Assembly: GCA_037379345.1 (NCBI GenBank)
Contig: CM074517.1
Coordinates: 3,968,001-4,032,000 of the forward strand
Direction of reading: 5' to 3'
DNA: 64,000 bases
Source of the DNA: Perna viridis
Taxonomy: Eukaryota
The notes under the pieces: generated by a model
The model's input: only the letters and a program-made list of their open reading frames with translations
Told to the model about the DNA's origin: nothing
Databases searched by the model: none
Program-made: the position numbers and the translations under genes
Shown: positions 1-13,879 of the stretch, one piece after another
Numbering within the stretch: the first letter of the stretch is position 1
Layout: each line of letters begins with the position of its first letter

Positions 1-1956
1 TCATTTGTGCGCTTTATATATCATATGTTTCGTTCCCTTTAATTTCATTCATATTCATTCTTTTCAACGCCTGTTGATTTTTTTTAATTAGTCCAATACA
101 AACCTTAGAAATACGACATAAACTGAATATTTTATCAAAATGTAATAATAAAGGAAATTGGTTAGGAACCGGCATATTAAAAAGCTAACACAAAACTCAC
201 ACTGCATGTAATGTCGTGAAGTCTCAATCTACAATGTTCAATTATCAATACAATGATCACTAAATATATCTTTGAATTGTAGTTTGTATGATAATCGTGG
301 TCTCAGTATGTATGTTATCAGGATATATTAGCAAATAGTTATCAATAGCAAAGCTATATTCAGAAAATGGAATTATATTTATTTGGATTTGTTTAATCAA
401 TAATATAAAACCTTCATATATTCAGTACAGGAACCATTATTTATATGATTTAAAGATAAACCATTATGTCAAAAGGCATAAAAAGTGCACATATAGTATC
501 AATTAAGCATATTCTAGTTTCTAATTTCCATGATACTATTAAGAGGTAGTAAATGGAAGAACAAGGCAGTGCGTGCATGTGACAAGTGTTGTTTTCAAAA
601 TTTGTTCATTCATTTCATATCCCAAATGGATCCTTTCTCAAAATTGAATGTTAATTTGTGATTTGCTGCTATGGTAGATATGAATAAATTACATAGAAAA
701 AAAACTAAAAGTCATTGAAAAAGGGGGATTGCTCCTTCCTCTTTGCAAAATATAGTTGCTTTGTTAGGAAACACACGCATGATATGAACACAAAAAGAAC
801 AGTGGGATAAATTAACAATGGGCAACCCATATCAAATGAATCGCCTGGTTTCTACATGGACAGTCTCTTAAAGCTGTATTAGCTGCCAAATTTGTTCAGG
901 TTTGATTCTACAGAATTTTGCTGATTCAATGAAAAAGTTAGTAGTAATGCAATTGAAGCAATAAATGTCGATAATATCTTCAGAATATTGTGAAAACATC
1001 GTTTTTTTTAAATAAGAGAATATCGATAGCTCTGATCTAATCATTTTTTGCCATTACTTTCGAAGATTACCGATAGGACATTCATCTGGGTTAAAACTAC
1101 TTTAACCATGTTTAAAAATATAATAATAAGGGATACACAGGTACGTTTGTAAGCACGTGTCTTGTTTTCATTTCATTTCATATATTTCTTGATTAGTTTT
1201 CAAATAAATATTGACCGTATTTGAGTCAAATTATATCACAATACACAAATATCAAAAGGATCCTTGCGTTGTATTTGAACTTTTTTTGTTTCACTGCTTT
1301 AATCCGTCGGTCTTCCATGCCGTTCAATACAAGTAAACATTTTCGCTTTGCAATCAGATTTGCTATTAGAGAAGCGATCCTTACAGCACATGCGCGGATT
1401 AAGGTCACCAGAAGTCGTATGCATACGAATTTATCCGGTCGATTTTTTGTCTTGCAAGGAAATAAATATAAAGACACCTATTTCATCTATTTTACGCATT
1501 TTATTTTTGGATGAAATTATGCAGGAAATGTACAATTTTAGTAGAAATAATTCAAAGTTAAGGTATATTTTAATAGGAACAAAAATTTACAAAAATGACA
1601 GCTAATGCACTTTAATTTTTATTATTCTAAATTTAGAAATTTTACGTTGTCGACATTTTATGCCTGTGTACTAATACGCTATATTCTATAAACATAAACT
1701 ACCATATTTAATGGTTTACGTTTTGGTTTTGTCACTTTAATTAATTTAATGCATTTAATAATATTTTTTGGGGAAAGAAGCTTTATTTTTTGAAAGTTTA
1801 GCATACTGGAATTTTCTATATATCAATATTAATGATAGAGTACTCCAGGGAACCATGATATTTTGTATTTATGTAAGGGCTCCCTTATTTCATTTTTTTA
1901 TCTGGTAGTCAAGTTGATTTCTGTGTTCTTGTCATTTTTTGTTTATTTATGTTTAA

Positions 1957-2168
1957 CAGAGAACGCTTACCCTACCGGTGCACCTGGCGCATGCTCCCAG
2001 TTTTTAGTGGAGTCCGAGTTGCTCATTTGCTTTCGTTACTTTGTATGTATGATTTTAGTTACTTTATGTTCTTTGTTATGTATGTCTGTTTTCCATGTCT
2101 GGTCTTTGTCCCTGGATTACATTCTTTTGATTACCGCTATAACCTTGGTTCCCTTGATTATTCTTTTA
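1957..2168 (+). repeat. Dispersed repeat family A (probable Penelope-like 3' end)
   Basis: cttaccctaccggtgcacctg...gtcccTggattacattcttttgattaccgctataaccttggttcccttgatta; near-identical copies elsewhere in the window. Confidence 0.85.
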
Positions 2169-4169
2169 ATTGTTTTCCATCTCTGGGATGCCTTGCTTGT
2201 ATTGCATATCCGTTTTTAAGGCACAACGATGAAATGCCTTTTACAAAAATAAATGATAACAATATGAAAAACAAATAAATACAATAATGCAGATCATTGC
2301 AAATTTTAATACGGTAAACACTTGTTTCAAGGAGTTTCATCAGTAGCATTGGAATTATATTTACAGGACGAAAGAAATCAAAAAAAAAATAATTGCATAC
2401 AAAAGTACTTAAGACCCAAACTATCGAAATAAAAATCCACTTCCATCACCGAGAGATCTACTATGCGCGATTCAAGGAATGAAGGCTAAGTGTTTTAGGT
2501 ATTTTGAATTTTTAATACTGCAAATTTTGACATATACGGTAGATAAATAACTGCTATAAGTCGGGGTCAGACAAATCTGACCATTGGGGTAGTGAATACC
2601 CTCGGGACCTTAGTTTGTACCACAGTGGCAATCGCTCAAGTGGTTATTAGATAATTGATGAAATCAACAAAGGCAAACAGGCTATGTATATGGATAACAT
2701 GGAGAATATATAAGACTCCGTTGGTCAGGCTTGTTTAAAAAGTTTTTTTTTTGTCAAATCAGCGCACTGATAGATTCTTTCAATAAATAATCAGGAGTAA
2801 GACACTTAAAATAAAAACTGCAAAAACTTTGAATGAAAAGTACAATTCAATCGGTAGACGGAACGGTTGCTGTTAAAGTATATGTAAATAAAAATAACAT
2901 ACATCACGCAAATATATTTTAATGATAGGAATATGAATCTTAAACATGATAAATATAAATTTAGTTGTATTATTATTTCAAAGAAACCTAGAGGACACCA
3001 GAATTATCTTCGTATTATCATTTAAATTACTGCTTTCATTTCAACTAAAACAAACAGACCACCTATCTATCAGTCATTTATCCTTCTTCTTGGAGGTAAA
3101 AATATTCATTAGCGTCATGATAATTTTTACTTATTGGTTTATCATCAGAAATAAAATTAATAGTCGTCCAAAACTAGAATAGCTCAGAATTACAAGTTCT
3201 AAAGCAAGATTTGTGGGTATGTATACGTGTCAAAGAAAATAGTAATTATAAGATCTTATTGACCAAACAAACTATTCGGACATACAAGAAGTCTATATAA
3301 TTAATAATGAATTCTACAAAAATAATGTATCAAAAGTTTTTTTCAGCTTTAATCAAGATTAATTGATTGAAGAAATTCAACTGAACCAGTTTTGTCAAAT
3401 TACATGGATAATTTGATTATGTACCACCACGTAACATTGAATCTGCTGATTCATGTCTTTAATAACGTTCTTTTCTCTATTTATTAGTAGATCTTTTCGG
3501 TAAACAATGCTCCTAACTGAACCACATCTATGAATTAACCTTTAATTATTACTGCTTTATTTGTTATATCATATTGTGCTCGAAGATGCATAGCTAGCGT
3601 TTTGTGATTTTTATATATTTCCTGTTTTTTCGTGCATTAAAAATGATACATACATCGATACTTTTTAATTTCTATTTTCGAGCTCTTTCATAAGTTGCTT
3701 GTATTGTTTTTACTTTTTTAAAGCTCAATTTGTAGTGCCATTCAAAAAAGTTGTTACAAGTGAAATGAAGTAATTAACAAAGATAAATTGGTTTGCTACA
3801 AAACCAAAGTACAAGTTTTGTGGAGAAAATATAAAGCTCCGTCGGTTCGGCGAATTCTTAAGAAAATGTTAATGTCAAATCATTGCGCTTTAAGATTCTA
3901 CACTTCAATCCAGAATTTAGAAGGATAACATTCAAGAGGCTGTCCATGTGAAAATCAGGCAGATCCTATTATGTGGTTGGCACACAGTAAATTTTATTCT
4001 ACTGTTTTCCCCCCAATGTAATGTATATGTCATATGCATGTCACACAGTATAACTTTTGTTCTAAACTGACAATGGATGGCTCAGAAAATAATTCTGAAG
4101 TTCCCGAACAACGGAACCAAATTTCGCTAAAATTATGAATTTCAGTGCTTTCTCTGTAATTCATTTCTA

Positions 4170-4490
4170 TATTAGTAGCAATCCAGATAGAATCAAGCAA
4201 AATGTGATTCATAGTTGGAAAGCTTATATATATATGTATTTTGATATTTTGTTTAAAATGTTGGAGTAAACAGAAATAAGCATGTAGCTTTTCATACAAC
4301 CCTTGTTCGTAGAGGATAAAAGTTACATAGAATGTACTGTAGAATTCAAAATTAAGGGAGATAACTCTGTAAATGACACTACAATACAAAAGAAACTGTC
4401 ATATTTTAATTGTAGATTATCTCCTAAAAGTAGCCAGATTGAAATGAATTATTATATACTTCATCCTATAGATCAATAAAGCAACTTAAG
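4170..4490 (+). repeat. Family B copy, diverged
   Basis: Colinear with 24688-24998. Confidence 0.65.
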
Positions 4491-5794
4491 TAGAAGTCCC
4501 TGTAAGAATCAAACAGTCGGGGAAACATGGTATGAGAAAATCCATCGTTTTGCTAGTGTAATTTGAACATTTGAAAGGCCGATTATTCTGTCAAAAAACT
4601 CAATTTTCTAAGATTCTGTTGAAATATTTCTGCGCGAAGCCAGTAATGCCGAGATCAGATAATGATCTTTTCAAATAGAGAAAGTATCCTTGAGTGATAT
4701 TACATTGTCAGATTGGTGGGATTTTAACGTGCATGTTTCTGATTTTTCCCATTTCGCTTGATTTTTACAAATATTTATCTTAATAACAAAAATAACAACG
4801 TGTACCTTTTTTAGGGTGTACCACATATCAGAGAATTTGCATGATTCTAACAGTGTGTTCCACTATTTGCTGTAAATACATAAAGATGGTGAGCACTACA
4901 CCTCATTAATGAAGATCTGACCAAGGCGAGTAATAGCATAGCGCACAGAGCTCGCCAGCTCAAAAAAAGTCTCTGTCGCAAACATGGACAATAGACGGGA
5001 AAATTGTCATTTTTTCAAAAAGTTTCAAAGTGGGAAAATCCTCACGGTAACAATTGACAATGCTTTGGAAAGAATCATCGCCGAAAACTTTCCAGAGGAA
5101 CTTGCGATATTTTACCCACCACAAAAATCAGAAACAGTCACTCAGTCGTTCGCAGATGCAAGTTGAATATGTAAATTAAATAAACTGTTTCCTTATACTT
5201 TAAATTCATACGTCTACCGTTACTTTTTTTTATTAGTTTTCATTATTTATATATTTACTAATTTACTATGTCGTAGTAAAATCAGTTAATCAAGCGTAAC
5301 TTATCCTTCCCTAGTCACGTGACATTTACTTCTTTCCATTCAAGGTATTCAAAAATTTGTACACTGTATTATATACCTGTAATTAGATTTATTGATAGGT
5401 CTGTGACATACATGTAGGTCAACGGTAAACTTGTTATTATTATCTTTTAAGGTAAATCTTCTAACTTAATTTATGATAAAGACTTTTAGTACTTACAAAT
5501 TATTTATATGAACGTATTTTTATTCCAGTTTTCAATTTTTTATTGAATTACATACCATTATCCTGAGATGACATCTCTGGGGTGTTGATTTTGCCTTTTG
5601 CTATACAACCAAGATGCCAATTTTCTTACTCTGCTTCATTATATTTTGTACATTCACTTTCTCTTCTTTTAATAGAAACTATCTTACACATGACTATGAC
5701 TTGCCTCTTTTTTATCTATACTTATCCTTCACAACTCCTTTATCTGAGGTGCAATTATTGTATATATATCCAATATTTCACTCCTTGAGACTTT

Positions 5795-6255
5795 AAGGTT
5801 TACCGCACGCACGATACCCAAAAGCACGATAAACGAACTCTTCTATACGAACGCTCCTAGCGTGCGTTTAAACGCACGATAAACGAACGCTCTTAGTGTG
5901 CGTTTAAACGCACGATAGACGAACGCTCATATCGTACTTTAAAACACACGATAGACAAACGACGAAAAAAAATTATATTGACATTTAATGAAGACAGAAA
6001 AAATAGAAAATAAAATTAATGAAATTATATAAATTAATAATAGCAAAAAATATAAAAATAACAGTTAATCAAGGAAATAATCAAAGTACAAAAATAAAAG
6101 AACACATCTATCGTGCGTTTAAACGAACGCTCCCAGTGTGCGTTTAAACGAACGCTTCTATCTTGCGTTTATAATGCGTTTAAACGAACGCAAAAAGATG
6201 TGTAAACGTACGATAAACGATGCACGATCGCTAAAATGGGAAACGTACAGGTCTA
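5795..6255. mobile_element. Non-autonomous element with arrays of GCGTTTAAACGCACGATAAACGAACGCT sub-repeats in both arms
   Basis: Repeats at 5810-5965 and 6108-6230, partly inverted, around an A-rich spacer. Confidence 0.6.
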
Positions 6256-6499
6256 AAGTAGTGTACATGTATTATTTTTGAACTTGTATAAAACATGTAA
6301 AACATCACCGAATTATACAAAATGTGTAAGTAAAACCCACTATCCCTATTTTTTCACACCTTTTGGTGTTACATAATTAATCATGGGCATATGTGTAGAG
6401 CAATACCACATCAGAGTGGGTAATTTTGTGATGACCCATAAAATTGATCCAAAAATTTCATTGACTGCAAATAAAGTGCTGTTTGTGTACATAGCATTT

Positions 6500-9400
6500 A
6501 TTAGTATAGATAAAAACCATGCACTTAGACTTTTGTTATATTGTTATATTGTTATATTGTTATTGAGAGAGCCATTTGTAATTCGGTAAACAATTTTTGT
6601 TCTGAGTATGCGGACCCGACCAATATTGTAAACATTTCCTTTGTCAGTTTTATTATTCAAATGCTACTCTTATATCGGGACGTGAAACTAATCCTGGTCC
6701 ATTTATTGACGGTAGTGAGACTGCCTCGCAAGGTGATATCTCTGAATTCTAAGATATTTCAAGCTTATTTGAGACATTTTCCACCTCGTTATCTTTTTTG
6801 ACATTTAAACATCCAAAGTATAGTTCCAAAGCTAGATGTAATAACTGCTAAATATTCTGAATTCGATATTTAATCATTCACTGAAACTTGGTTGAATACT
6901 TCTGTTGCCGATGACGAGTTATTACTCTTAAATTATCATAAGCCTTTAAGGTCAATATTCGTACCAACAAATTTTTGTATGGGACTTTTTTTTACATTCC
7001 TCCTGGCAGTCCTGCTGGCATTTGGAGGATGATATAAATTGTGATCATATAATTATTACAGGCGATTTTAATGACAATCATTTCTTATAAACCTCAAAAT
7101 AAAAAGAGTGCACCAGGTTTAGTCTGCAACAACTGGTTGAAGAGCCTACAAATTTTACGGAACATTCTTCCTCACTCATTGACTTGATAATTACAGATGA
7201 TCAGTATTTTTACCATATGTTACTGTTGGTCCTCCATTTCTCGAACAAATTCGTCATCACTGCTCTGTCATTGGCTTTATAAATTCCCCCAAACCAGTTA
7301 AAAAGACGTATAAACGTAAAGTTTGGATTTATAACAAGGGCAATTTTGATAAGTATAGGCATAGGTCGACTAATAAGGATTGGGACAATATTCTGAACTC
7401 TAATGATATAGCCAAGATTATTAGCGATATAACCAGACATATTTTACATGCAGCGGACTCGTGTATTCCGAATCGTTTTGTAACTATTCGGAAAATAGTC
7501 CTGCATGGCTTACAGATGATCTAAAAAAAACTCATTCTGTCGAAAACCCGTATTCTTGCTAAAGCAAAACGTTCTGGTAGACCGGCTGACTGGAACAAAT
7601 TTAAGAAAATAAAGAAATAATGTAACGTAAAAAGATCGTGATAAATATCGTTCAGATTTACTTAATCGTTTATCAGCCGATAGATGCTCAGCCAAATCTT
7701 GGTGGACAATCTGCAAGAAGATATCTGGTATCAAACCGTTACATTTAGACGTACCACCATAACTAATTGGAGATAGATTAGTAGTCGACGACGTCGACAG
7801 AACAAATTGTCTTAATCACTGCTTTGCTTTGCAGACACAACTAGATGACAAAAGAGCTACACTATCTGACATTACAATCAATCGAGAACATAAACTAAAA
7901 ATATCGTTTTAGATTAAACTGATGTCGGAGATGTACTTTCTATTTTGAATATTAATAAAGCCTCTGGACCTGACTTCATAAATCCTCGAATTCTATTTTA
8001 AAATACCCATTTTGTAAACTATTTAATATATCATTACCTTCGTTTTACTTCCGGAATGAATGGAAAAATGGTTCTCCGGACGAAGTAAAAAACTAACGAC
8101 CTATCTCACTACTTAGCGTTATTTCAAAATGCATGGAGAGACGTATATACAAACATGTACATGACTTTTTAATACATAATAAAGTAATTACTCCCAGCCA
8201 ATCGGCTGGCGACTCTGCCATTAACCAGTTAATATGTATATCCGACGCTATCGGGAAAGCTCTAGATAATGGGAAAGAAATAGGAGTTGTCTTTTGTGAC
8301 ATAAGTAAGGCATTCAAGCGCGTATGGCATAGAGGTCTCTTATTTAAACTCTAAGACTACGGTATTGTGGGGATCTGCTACACTGTTTCAAAAATTATCT
8401 TTCTGGAAGGGTACAAAGGGTGATTCTTATTGGTGGAAGTTCTGACTGGATATATGTTGAAGCTGGTGTTCCCCACGGCTCCATATTAGGACCCTTGCTG
8501 TTTTTGTTATTTATTAATGATTTTGTAGAATGATAATAATGCCAGTGTTAAACTGTTTGCAGATGCCACGAACATTTATATAATAGTAGAAAATTCCGCA
8601 ATCGCCGCTGACATATTAAATAGAGATCTTGAGAAGACTCATAATTAGTCATATAAGTGGCTAGTTAAATTTAACCCACAAAAGACGGACACAATAACCA
8701 TATCCCGTAAAACCATTATCTAAGATGCCTGACAAAGTAAAACTAACAGTTGGCGGTAAGGACCACAGTTTAATTTATACAAAGCAATATTCAATTAAAA
8801 TATCAAAATCAATTCAATCAGTCATTATCAATCAATATCAAATATCTGCAAATCGCAAGATGAAAATGTCCAAATGGTTACCGCAAAATGCTGGTATGGC
8901 AACCAATTCAAATAAATATTCATCACCAAAAATCACGGTAATGTAAAAATAAGATTTTGATCACCGTGGGAAACACAAGTGAGATATCCAAACCCCTTAA
9001 ACAAGCTGTTAGCACAGCACGAAGTCTATAACATGCAGCGAATGTGACTGTACACCATACACAATGAGCGAGTCCATCTTTATTATGAAAATTGTCGAGT
9101 CCTTTTGCGATTAACTGATCGAGTCCTCAAGGGATGAAATATACTGAAACTTCATTTCTGGAATCCAATCTTCATATTAAACTGTGGCCGAATTTTTGAT
9201 AATAGTTGATAACTGAACATTTGATGATATACAAATGAGAGGATCACTGATAAATCAGAAATGACAAACAAAAAACAGCATAAACCAGGAAAAATTCAAG
9301 AGTTCTCTTTCTTTGGGCACTATTTTAATGATACATGTAATATGTTAAAATGTGGCATATCTTTAAGTGTGGCGAGGTGGGAGGGACTTCAAAAATCGTC

Positions 9401-10829
9401 AGATCCACACTATATTTTTGATCAGGAAATGGTCAACGCAAGTGACGTCACTATTCAGATAAAAAACTCCGGCACATCGATAACCGAATTTAAGCTGAAT
9501 ATTGAATTCTATTAAGCCAATACATCCGCCCATTTCTATGAATGGCCATAACAAGTCAAGTCAAGAGGTTGCTTCTCATAAACACCTGAGCATTTATTTT
9601 TCAATTAATGGTTCTTGGCATGATCACATTGAAAATATTGCTAAGAGAGCTTTTATGAGAGTAAATGTCTTGCGTCAGGTACGTTTTGTCCTTGACAGAT
9701 ATGTCTTGGAGAAAATGTACTTTTCTTATATCAGACCTATCCTTAAATATGGCGACGTCATTTGGCAAAACCACACCTAATATCTAGTTAACAAGTTACA
9801 GAGTGTTCAGTTAGAAGCTATTCGCATCATCACGGGAGGGACAAAATTAACGTCATTAAAAAAACTTTATCAAGATACAGGTTGGGAGACACTTTCATCC
9901 AGGAGGAACAAACAAAGACTTATTTTGTTATATAAGATTATAAACAAGGAATCCCCAAGTTATTCATGTGACCTTGATCCTTGTTCAGTTGGTGATCGAC
10001 ACGGTCACTTCACTCGTCAAGTTTATAACACTGTTAATTTTCGTACACGCACAAACTTGTAATCTGAATACTTTCTGCCGTCTACAATCCGCTGTGGAAT
10101 AATTCGTCATTGGAAACACGAATAACTGGTTCATTATGTATATTTAAGAGAAAACTAGAGACACATAAAAATACATGTCCAAAATATTATTATACAGGGA
10201 CAAGGCAAGGACAGATTCTACATGCAAGGCTTCGCATGAACAGCATCTCCATTAACGAACATCTGTTCATGCGAAATCTTGCGACTCTCTGTTCCTACGA
10301 AATGTTACATAGACTCTTCAAATGTTCATGTGGATGTGGTCATGTCGAATCAACCTATCATTTTCTTTTTCAGTGTCATAAGTATGACAAGCTTCGTACT
10401 TTAACTTTAAATACACTTAGTTATCCTATCGATATAAACTTGTTATTGTATCAGTCAGACATTCTAACATTTGATGAAAATATTTATATATTTAAACTTG
10501 TTAAAAAATACACTGTCCAGAGCAAACGCTTCTTTTGAACTGTATTTCAATACTCCTTTCTTTCCTCCCATCATGATCATATATATATAATTATTTTTTT
10601 TTAATTTAATTTAATTTCTTTTAATGATCAATATCTATATTGTATTACATACTAGTACATGTACATGATGTTTCTTATTTCCAAAGCATACTTGTTGTAT
10701 GTTTAAATGTATAAATTGTCAGTATTGATAAGGAGGTGGATCAATAAAAGCATAGTGCTTGTTTCCGAATCCTGTTTGTCTATCTTATACATATGTGTAA
10801 TATTAATGAATAAAATATGTTTAAACTAA
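6500..10829 (+). mobile_element. Decayed CR1/L2-group LINE ORF2 (APE endonuclease + reverse transcriptase), interrupted by an insertion
   Basis: Fragments FTETWL, RPISLLSVISKCMER, VFCDISKAFKRVWH, GVPHGSILGPLLF, LFADA, HARLRM...CSCG...ESTYHFLFQC; many stops/frameshifts; AATAAA near 10809; 5' boundary approximate. Confidence 0.9.
8719..9510. mobile_element. 792-bp unclassified insertion within the LINE
   Basis: Removing it restores RKTIKPIHPP; flanked by ATTA at 8715-8718 and 9511-9514. Confidence 0.7.
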
Positions 10830-11329
10830 GTTCAATCGAAATATCGATGTCGTAAGCATCGATTATGGTCACGTCTCTTTCAAAATGGACTTAAAGGTCA
10901 ATCATGATTTTAAAGAAAAAATGTTGTATCATTTTTGTATGACTTACTTCCCTTTGCTGTTAAGAAAATTCCAATCTTTTTACATTAGATCACTTCAAAT
11001 TCCATCTCATACAAGAATCAATAGCTATATTTAAGTAAAAACTAGTAAACAATGCTGTTTGCATCAGGTTTTGGTAAACATGGTAAAAAATTTAGCAGTT
11101 CAGAATAAAAGCCCGGCCTTGACCTTTGAGGTATCGAAATGAAAAATTAGAAAGTAAATATTTAGTAAAAATTCTGAAATTATTTTTTAATATCTAACAT
11201 TTGCAGTAAAATATCGAATTTTCTATTTAAAAAGCAGGTTTGAAAGTGTCATTTCTCCATTAGTTCAAATATAAGTTCCCAATTGGTCCATTTTCTGAAT
11301 ATTTCGTATATTTGCAAAGATAAGCATTA

Positions 11330-11685
11330 ATTATATAGATAGCAATGTTTTATTGATGTTCCCAGTGTAATAAATTTAGATAATTCACACTGAAGTAAAT
11401 TCGGTGATTCCACTCTCGGAATTTCATACATATCAATCCGCCAATCACAAAATTTATAATACATGTTGAAAATATCGATAAAGTATGAAGAAAATCTATA
11501 TAATAAATAGGATAATCAATTGGTGATCGTGAATAACTAAAATATGATCACTCGTGTCAAGAACGCTTGAGGATTTAACTCATGCGTGGAACAAGTTCCG
11601 TACACCCGTTAAATCTTGGCGTTCTTCGGCACTCTTTTTTTAGGTTATTAACTCTTTCCAATTAATTATCCTATTGATAATACTA
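11330..11685 (+). repeat. Dispersed repeat family C
   Basis: Reverse complement of 59680-60055; diverged copy at 41285-41610. Confidence 0.75.
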
Positions 11686-11848
11686 AGTAAAAACTGTTTA
11701 GTACGTTTAAGTTTTATATAATCTTCTCAGTTTTGACAAAATTTGAGATAAACATGAAGTCTTAATAACTCAAAAGAGCACCAGCAAACCTGCCTATAAT
11801 TTCTTGTTGTCATGGCTACAACCAAAACTTGCATTTTGTTGAAGAGTA

Positions 11849-12021
11849 ATCCCAGTTTTTAGTGGAGTCCGAGTTGCTCATTTGCTTCTGTTACTTTGTA
11901 TGTTTGATTTTAGTTACTTTATGTTCTTTTTTGTGTTTGCCTTTTTTCCATGTCTGGTCTTTGTCCCTGGATTACATTCATTGGATTACCGCTATAATCT
12001 TGGTTCCCTTGATTACTCTTT
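11849..12021 (+). repeat. Family A copy, 5'-truncated
   Basis: Direct similarity to 1995-2168. Confidence 0.85.
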
Positions 12022-13729
12022 TGAATAAAACCATAACTTCTTTTAATAGTACCCAGGTGTCGAAAGAACAGGTTCTTAACAAAGCTAACTTGTCGTAAAT
12101 TAAAAGCTAGTAAAAATATTGAACATTCTGGCAGGTAATTCTTAGTTAGTTTGTCTTTACGTGTTCAGTTTATATTCCCTTTGAATCTGAATGAACAATG
12201 CTCCTAATTGATCCCCGTCTATTGATAAACCTTCGGCTATTACTACTTATTTTAGCTGTTTTTATTTGTAGTGCAATAAAGTTACATAAACATCGAAACA
12301 TTCTTTTTCATTTCTATTTTCGAGTTATACGTTGCTTCAAATGCTTTCTATTTCAAAGCTGTTATGCCATTTACAAAAATTCTTAAAACGTATTTACCAA
12401 ATCATTGCATTGTTCACATTTTTCACTTGAATAAAGAATTCAGAGGGACAATATTTAAAGTAATAACTGCAAAGACTTAATAGTACTCTAAAATCGGGTC
12501 GATAGACTGAATGATTACTTTTTAAGTAAATAAACATAATATACATCATGCAAAGATATTTTAATAATGAACCTTAAACATAATAGATATACATTTAGTC
12601 GATACATTATTTTAAAAACGCCTAGAGATGGCCACCAGACTAACCTAATCATCATTTTCATAACTGTAATGAAAGCAAACCATTTATCTAACAGGCTTTT
12701 ATCCTTTTTTATTTTGATCAAATATCCATAATATAAATCTAAGCAATTTAGCAGGTGTTTCCAGAAAAGCAGATAGCGCTTTCCCTGCCCGTGCACCTTT
12801 GTTCCCTGATTATTTTTGTACTTATTGGAAGTTCTTCGGAAATGAAATCGAAAGTCAGTTAATACTTGGTTAGTTCAGAATTAAAAGCTCTTAAACAAGA
12901 CAACGGAGTACTTGTACATTTCAAAGAAAACATTAATTAAAATACCGTAAAGCCGGAAATCAAATTTCAGGATAAGAAAAAAAATTTTTATTATCAATAC
13001 TGAATTCTTTAAATATAACATGAAAGCCCAGGAAGTTTAAGATATTAATGATCGCCAGTACCATCAACCACATGTGGTTTAGTCCATATGACATATTTCA
13101 AACATCATCGAGCTAATAAACGCAAGATACTTGTCAAACTCACAGTTACAACTTATAACCGATTATTTATTTGATGAACATGCCCTCCGATTTCTTTTGA
13201 ATTAAATCATACCAACTACTTACCTATAAATTCTCAATTTTATCAGGCAAAATTTAAAGCAGACCTTGTAAAAAAAGATCGAAATTTAGTTTATACTTTC
13301 TGTTTGTTTTTTTGTGTTTCTGGAAAACTCAAAGATGTATATTCAGTAATGAGTTTTAGAAACCCTGACACGAACCTATTAAATTGCAGTTTTGATGAAT
13401 TAGAACTACAATTTTTAGTTATCAAGTTGAAAACAACATAAGATTTAATGATTGTTTAAAATACAAGTAAAAATAATCGATTTTAGGCAATTATTTGAAA
13501 TCGCAGGGCGAAAATCAGATAAATGTCTAAGATTCGATATGTGCCTTTTTTAAAAAGAAAAACATGCTATAATTTAATGTTTTATACCATGAAACTATGC
13601 TTCTATCTTCAAATTGAACTTAATTCTTGTTAAGAAAGATGTGGTCTTAATAATTCTAACAAAGGAGGGAAGGATGTTGGCAGACCTTGGGTTATTAAAA
13701 ATGTAATTGTGATTTACAGTGATTAATTA

Positions 13730-13859
13730 AAAGAGTAATCAAGGGAACCAAGGCCATAGCGGTAATCAAAAGAATGTAATCCAGGGACAAAGACCAGAAA
13801 TGGAAAACAGACATACACAACAAAGAACATAACGTAACTAAAATCATACATACAAAAGT
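13730..13859 (-). repeat. Family A copy directly downstream of the Penelope-like RT
   Basis: Reverse complement of the family A 3' end. Confidence 0.85.
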
Positions 13860-13879
13860 AGAAGAAACTAAGTTTTTTT

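Noticed and set aside
1863-2278. Recurrent hydrophobic ORFs (also 11862-12098, 19264-19467)
   Set aside because: Translations of T-rich repeat family A, not a gene family
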